A stretch of 64,000 bases of DNA from Rhodosorus marinus CCMP1338 (taxonomy: Eukaryota > Plantae > Rhodophyta): positions 496,001-560,000 of the forward strand of contig JAMWBK010000013.1 of NCBI GenBank assembly GCA_029953675.1, given 5' to 3'. A model generated the notes under the pieces. That model ran no database searches. It was given only the letters and a program-made list of their open reading frames with translations, and was not told where the DNA came from. The position numbers were made by a program, and so were the translations under genes. This document shows positions 57,997 to 64,000 of the stretch, piece after piece. How positions within the stretch are numbered: position 1 is the stretch's first letter; every line of letters starts with the position of its first letter.

Positions 57997-59000
57997 CATC
58001 ATGAGCAGAGTGCTCCACAAAGAAGTAAACTATTATCGAGTCACGAAGGCAAAGGAAATCACCGCCGTTTCCCGCCAGGCCCAGACTCTGCATTCTGAGC
58101 AGTTAGTTCTGTCATAGTGAGGATCTAGGCATTTAGCCATTCAAGCAAAGAAACCCAAGCGCATAGACCTCTCCGAGCCAAACGACGACAAGATGTGGTT
58201 CGGAAGTTCGCTTCTTGCGTCTGCAAAGAGAAAGCACGTTAAGTCAGCCCGGTAGCAATTTCCAGGAGCAAGCAGGACACACCAAATCGTTCGGATTGGT
58301 TATTGATGATCAGACTCTGTGGACTCAGGGCAACCCCCTTCAACGCAGCCAAGCAGCTGCTTCAGAGACGCTACAGGCACAACACGTCTTCGTTACAGAC
58401 TATAACGAAGGACTTGCACTATCCAACGCTTTAGGCAGAGTAGCCCATGCTAGTCAACCAATGTTGCGCACTCCCCCCGGAACCATCGTTCACTCAGACC
58501 AAGACGGTGCAGGTCTAACGGGATTGAAGATCTCGACAGGTTGCCGACGGGAACACCTGAAAATTGATAGAAATTGAAACGGATTTTACCACGGGTAGGT
58601 ATTTTGGTGACAAAGAGGACAAACGAGGAATTCAGGGGAGTGAATGGACTACAACAGATTCTCCCCAGGGATCCTGAAAGGACTACTCCGCCCTGTCTGG
58701 TCACGCACAGCGCTTCCCAAATAGGAAGCCACTTGACCGGAGTTTGTAATCTCCACCGTGCAAGGTTGCTGACTGATGAAGAGCGAGGTCAACGGGATTG
58801 CCGAAAGAGGTTCATTCGAAGAGGGGCGTGAGTTTGGGAGAGAGTTCACATCAGTTACAACGCGCTGCTTGTTGAGTACGGAGAGGAGGATATAGTCGAG
58901 GAGCTTTAAGATTGGGGTTGAGAGTAGCACGGAAGTTGGGTGCAGGTGTTTTTGTTTTCTGTCAAAATTGGATTCTGCGGCGTGACGGTTTTGGCAGGAA

Positions 59001-61693
<2,693 letters not shown>

Positions 61694-62141
61694 ATTCGGC
61701 GGCATCGAATGAGGGCGGTACACAGTTCAACTATAATACTTTCCGCGCTACCAACCTTGTGAGTTGAGTCAGGATAATCGTATGGATGTGGAACACGCGG
61801 GGAATTCGCGGTGGTCAGTGAGGCTTTATGCGACCGGAAACCATTCTGCAAATGGATGAAAAGAATACATCGGTAATAAAATATGGTGATCTGTCATTTG
61901 AAGCAAAGACCTGAACAGGCCATTCACTGCGCAAACCGCGCGTTTCGTCCTCCAACATAACACAGGTAACGGATTTAGAGGCCACGCACGTTCTGGAATA
62001 CTTCGCAAGCACAGGATCGTAAAACCGTGTTGTACGATCGAGTATATAGGCAGGAGCCGATTCTAAGAGGCCCGCTGCTGCACATAGAGACTGTCTCAAA
62101 ACAATGATTGCATAGTTGGTGCAATAGCTCGCGCAGTCAGC

Positions 62142-62596
62142 TTATCTATATCCGCTTGCGGAGGTTGCAGCAACGCAAAATGAGAAAATCCCGCACGCGG
62201 CAGCAAACATCATCAGCGTGACGACTTTTTCAACTCCTTTGTCGTGCCCGCTATAGAAAATCCCTCTCGAATGATATCGCTCGTTTCTCTCATGGTCTCG
62301 ACCATCCGATTGCAATGCTTCGTAAGTCGAAGGGTGAAACTCACTTCTTTCAGAAAGGTCAAACGAATGGGGAAAAAAAAAAAACACGGTCTATGCCACT
62401 TCATGTTTCAAGTACCTTTCAGATTTTGGTAAGCTTCATGCAGCTCCCTAAACTGTTTGGCGCATCCGGTAGGCTGGTCAGGATGACACTTCAACGCCTG
62501 TTTCAGAAAAGCCTGCCGAAGCTCCCGCTCACTTACTCCAACCTTGACGCCAAGCAGACGATAATACTTCAAAAAGTTCCTCGGCGGGGAACCCAT
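62142..62596 (-). CDS. Small J-domain protein; second exon frame uncertain
   Basis: YYRLLGV...ELRQAFLKQALKCHPD...FRELHEAYQNL. Confidence 0.75.
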
Positions 62597-63164
62597 TCTC
62601 AACAAGGCCTCATTTCAACTCGCCAGAAGCGCTTCACTGCGGCACAACCCAATATAAACAAAAATCCTAGTTACCAAGGATATCGCCATCCACTTCTCAC
62701 TTCACCTTGATGCCCCAAGCAGCTTCCGAAGCACGGCTCAGATAACAAGTATATTCCTGAAATCGTCCACAAGTGCATTTGTTTTTCTATCCCACTCTCC
62801 AGAATCTTGGAACAGCTTCTTCCCCAATTCAGCTAGTTTGTCATTGTTGATGGTGCCAAAGCGTTTGGCACTTTCCCACGACTGGCAATTTTGTCATTGG
62901 CAAACGACGAAAACGGCTATGCTGACTCCATCACGAGTCTTCCGCAATATGGCAAACGCTTACCAAAACAGTCTAAAACGACAGTGATCTTTGGGCTAGG
63001 CAATAGCTGTCAAGAAATGAACCACTGCGTATGGCATCAAGTGCTGTATGCACGGGTACATGTCCTCCTGGAGTTGCTAATGTTTTTGGTTCACAGTCTA
63101 CCAGCCTGGTGGATCCTCCGCACCACAGTTTGGAGCCCCCCCCCCCCAAAAAAAAATGAATTTC

Positions 63165-63326
63165 TGGGTGCCTCACACCCTAAAATTAGGTGATCAGACG
63201 GGGTTTGAGGTATGGATGAGATGGGTTGCAAGCTCCAGTTCCGTATGGGTGCCTCACACCCTAAAATTAGGTGATCAGACGGGGTTTGAGGTATGGATGA
63301 GATGGGTTGCAAGCTCCAGTTCCGTA
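63165..63326. repeat. Exact 81-bp tandem duplication
   Basis: tgggtgcctcacaccctaaaattagg...gcaagctccagttccgta x2. Confidence 0.95.
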
Positions 63327-63595
63327 GCCGATTCAGCGCCTACTGCTCCTTTTTTAGCATGGTTCTTGTGTTCTTGTCCATAGTTTTGTCGTCGGTCGGC
63401 AAAATGTCTGTCTCGATCCTCAGAGCGTGTGTTCTGGGCCCCCCCCGCCTCTGATTCGAAGGTTGGCGTCTATTATGACGTTTTGAAAAGGATCTCCTGA
63501 TCTCGTCTACATTAGCGTGTTGGAATCTGCAACTCTTGTGCGAAAACGATTTCATTTCTGGGAGGGCCAAATCAGATCAGGCGGAAATTTTGAAC

Positions 63596-63908
63596 ATGCA
63601 AGCATTTGTTTCTCTTCCAGGTCACCCGGGGTCTGTATCGCGGGGCAACTCTCGAGCTGTTGTCCCCAAGGCCGAGATGGCGGTACCTGCCAACCTGCTT
63701 ATCGTTGGTCCTGGGAGGTTGGGGAGCAGAATTGCTAAGCTTTGGACACATGGAGAGGTCACCGGAGAAACTAGAACAGAGACAAACCATGAGATGCTGC
63801 GAGCAGGAGGAATCAAACCATCGACGAAAGCTAAGAGGAGCAAAGTAGGCTACAACTACGTCGCGATCACGGCACCTCCGACTGGCAATGCTGACTATGC
63901 GAAAGAGG
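63596..63908 (+). CDS. NAD(P)-binding Rossmann-fold protein, plastid-targeted, first exon (gene continues past window end)
   Basis: MQAFV transit start; LLIVGPGRLG, GETRTETNHEML...GIKPS, YVAITAPPT...DYAKEV resembles a remembered plant plastid Rossmann-fold family. Confidence 0.75.
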
Positions 63909-64000
63909 TGGGCAAACTCCCGTATCGACTTGTGGTCTCCTTGGACACTTGTTCTACTCCGTTCTCAATTCTTCATTGACAACGAACCAGGTCGCAGATG

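Noticed and set aside
62760-63420. Possible additional minus-strand gene ending ...DDFRNILVI*
   Set aside because: One coding-looking exon, but no consistent gene model through the tandem duplication

Overview
Eukaryotic nuclear DNA with short GT-AG introns. It is probably from a unicellular red alga: the plastid transit peptides start M(x)AFV, there is a porphyranase-like enzyme, and there is a very diverged nad4L. A Stylonematophyceae alga such as Rhodosorus is my inference, not a database result. The first ~30 kb is a nested transposon island. It holds about 15 pieces of CRE-clade RT/restriction-like-endonuclease non-LTR retrotransposons from several subfamilies, two Copia remnants (one with both LTRs and a TSD), Gypsy remnants, and hAT-like TAGGGTTG-ended elements. 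The island also contains three notable non-standard items: a strand-skewed block with a nad4L/NuoK-like frame missed by the ORF track, a ~590-bp-arm gag fold-back downstream of an LTR inside a DNA transposon, and an intronless secreted two-domain protein. From ~32 kb the window is gene-rich: GH86-like beta-porphyranase/agarase, inositol polyphosphate kinase, MATE, WDR24-like, tRNA-Asp, alpha/beta hydrolase, Pgl-type lactonase, Yip1, DNAJB12-like, organellar LysRS, a small J-protein and a Rossmann-fold protein. All alignments were done by eye from the sequence and from remembered family motifs. TE boundaries are approximate unless a TSD or TIR is quoted. Frameshifts in TEs could partly be assembly errors.
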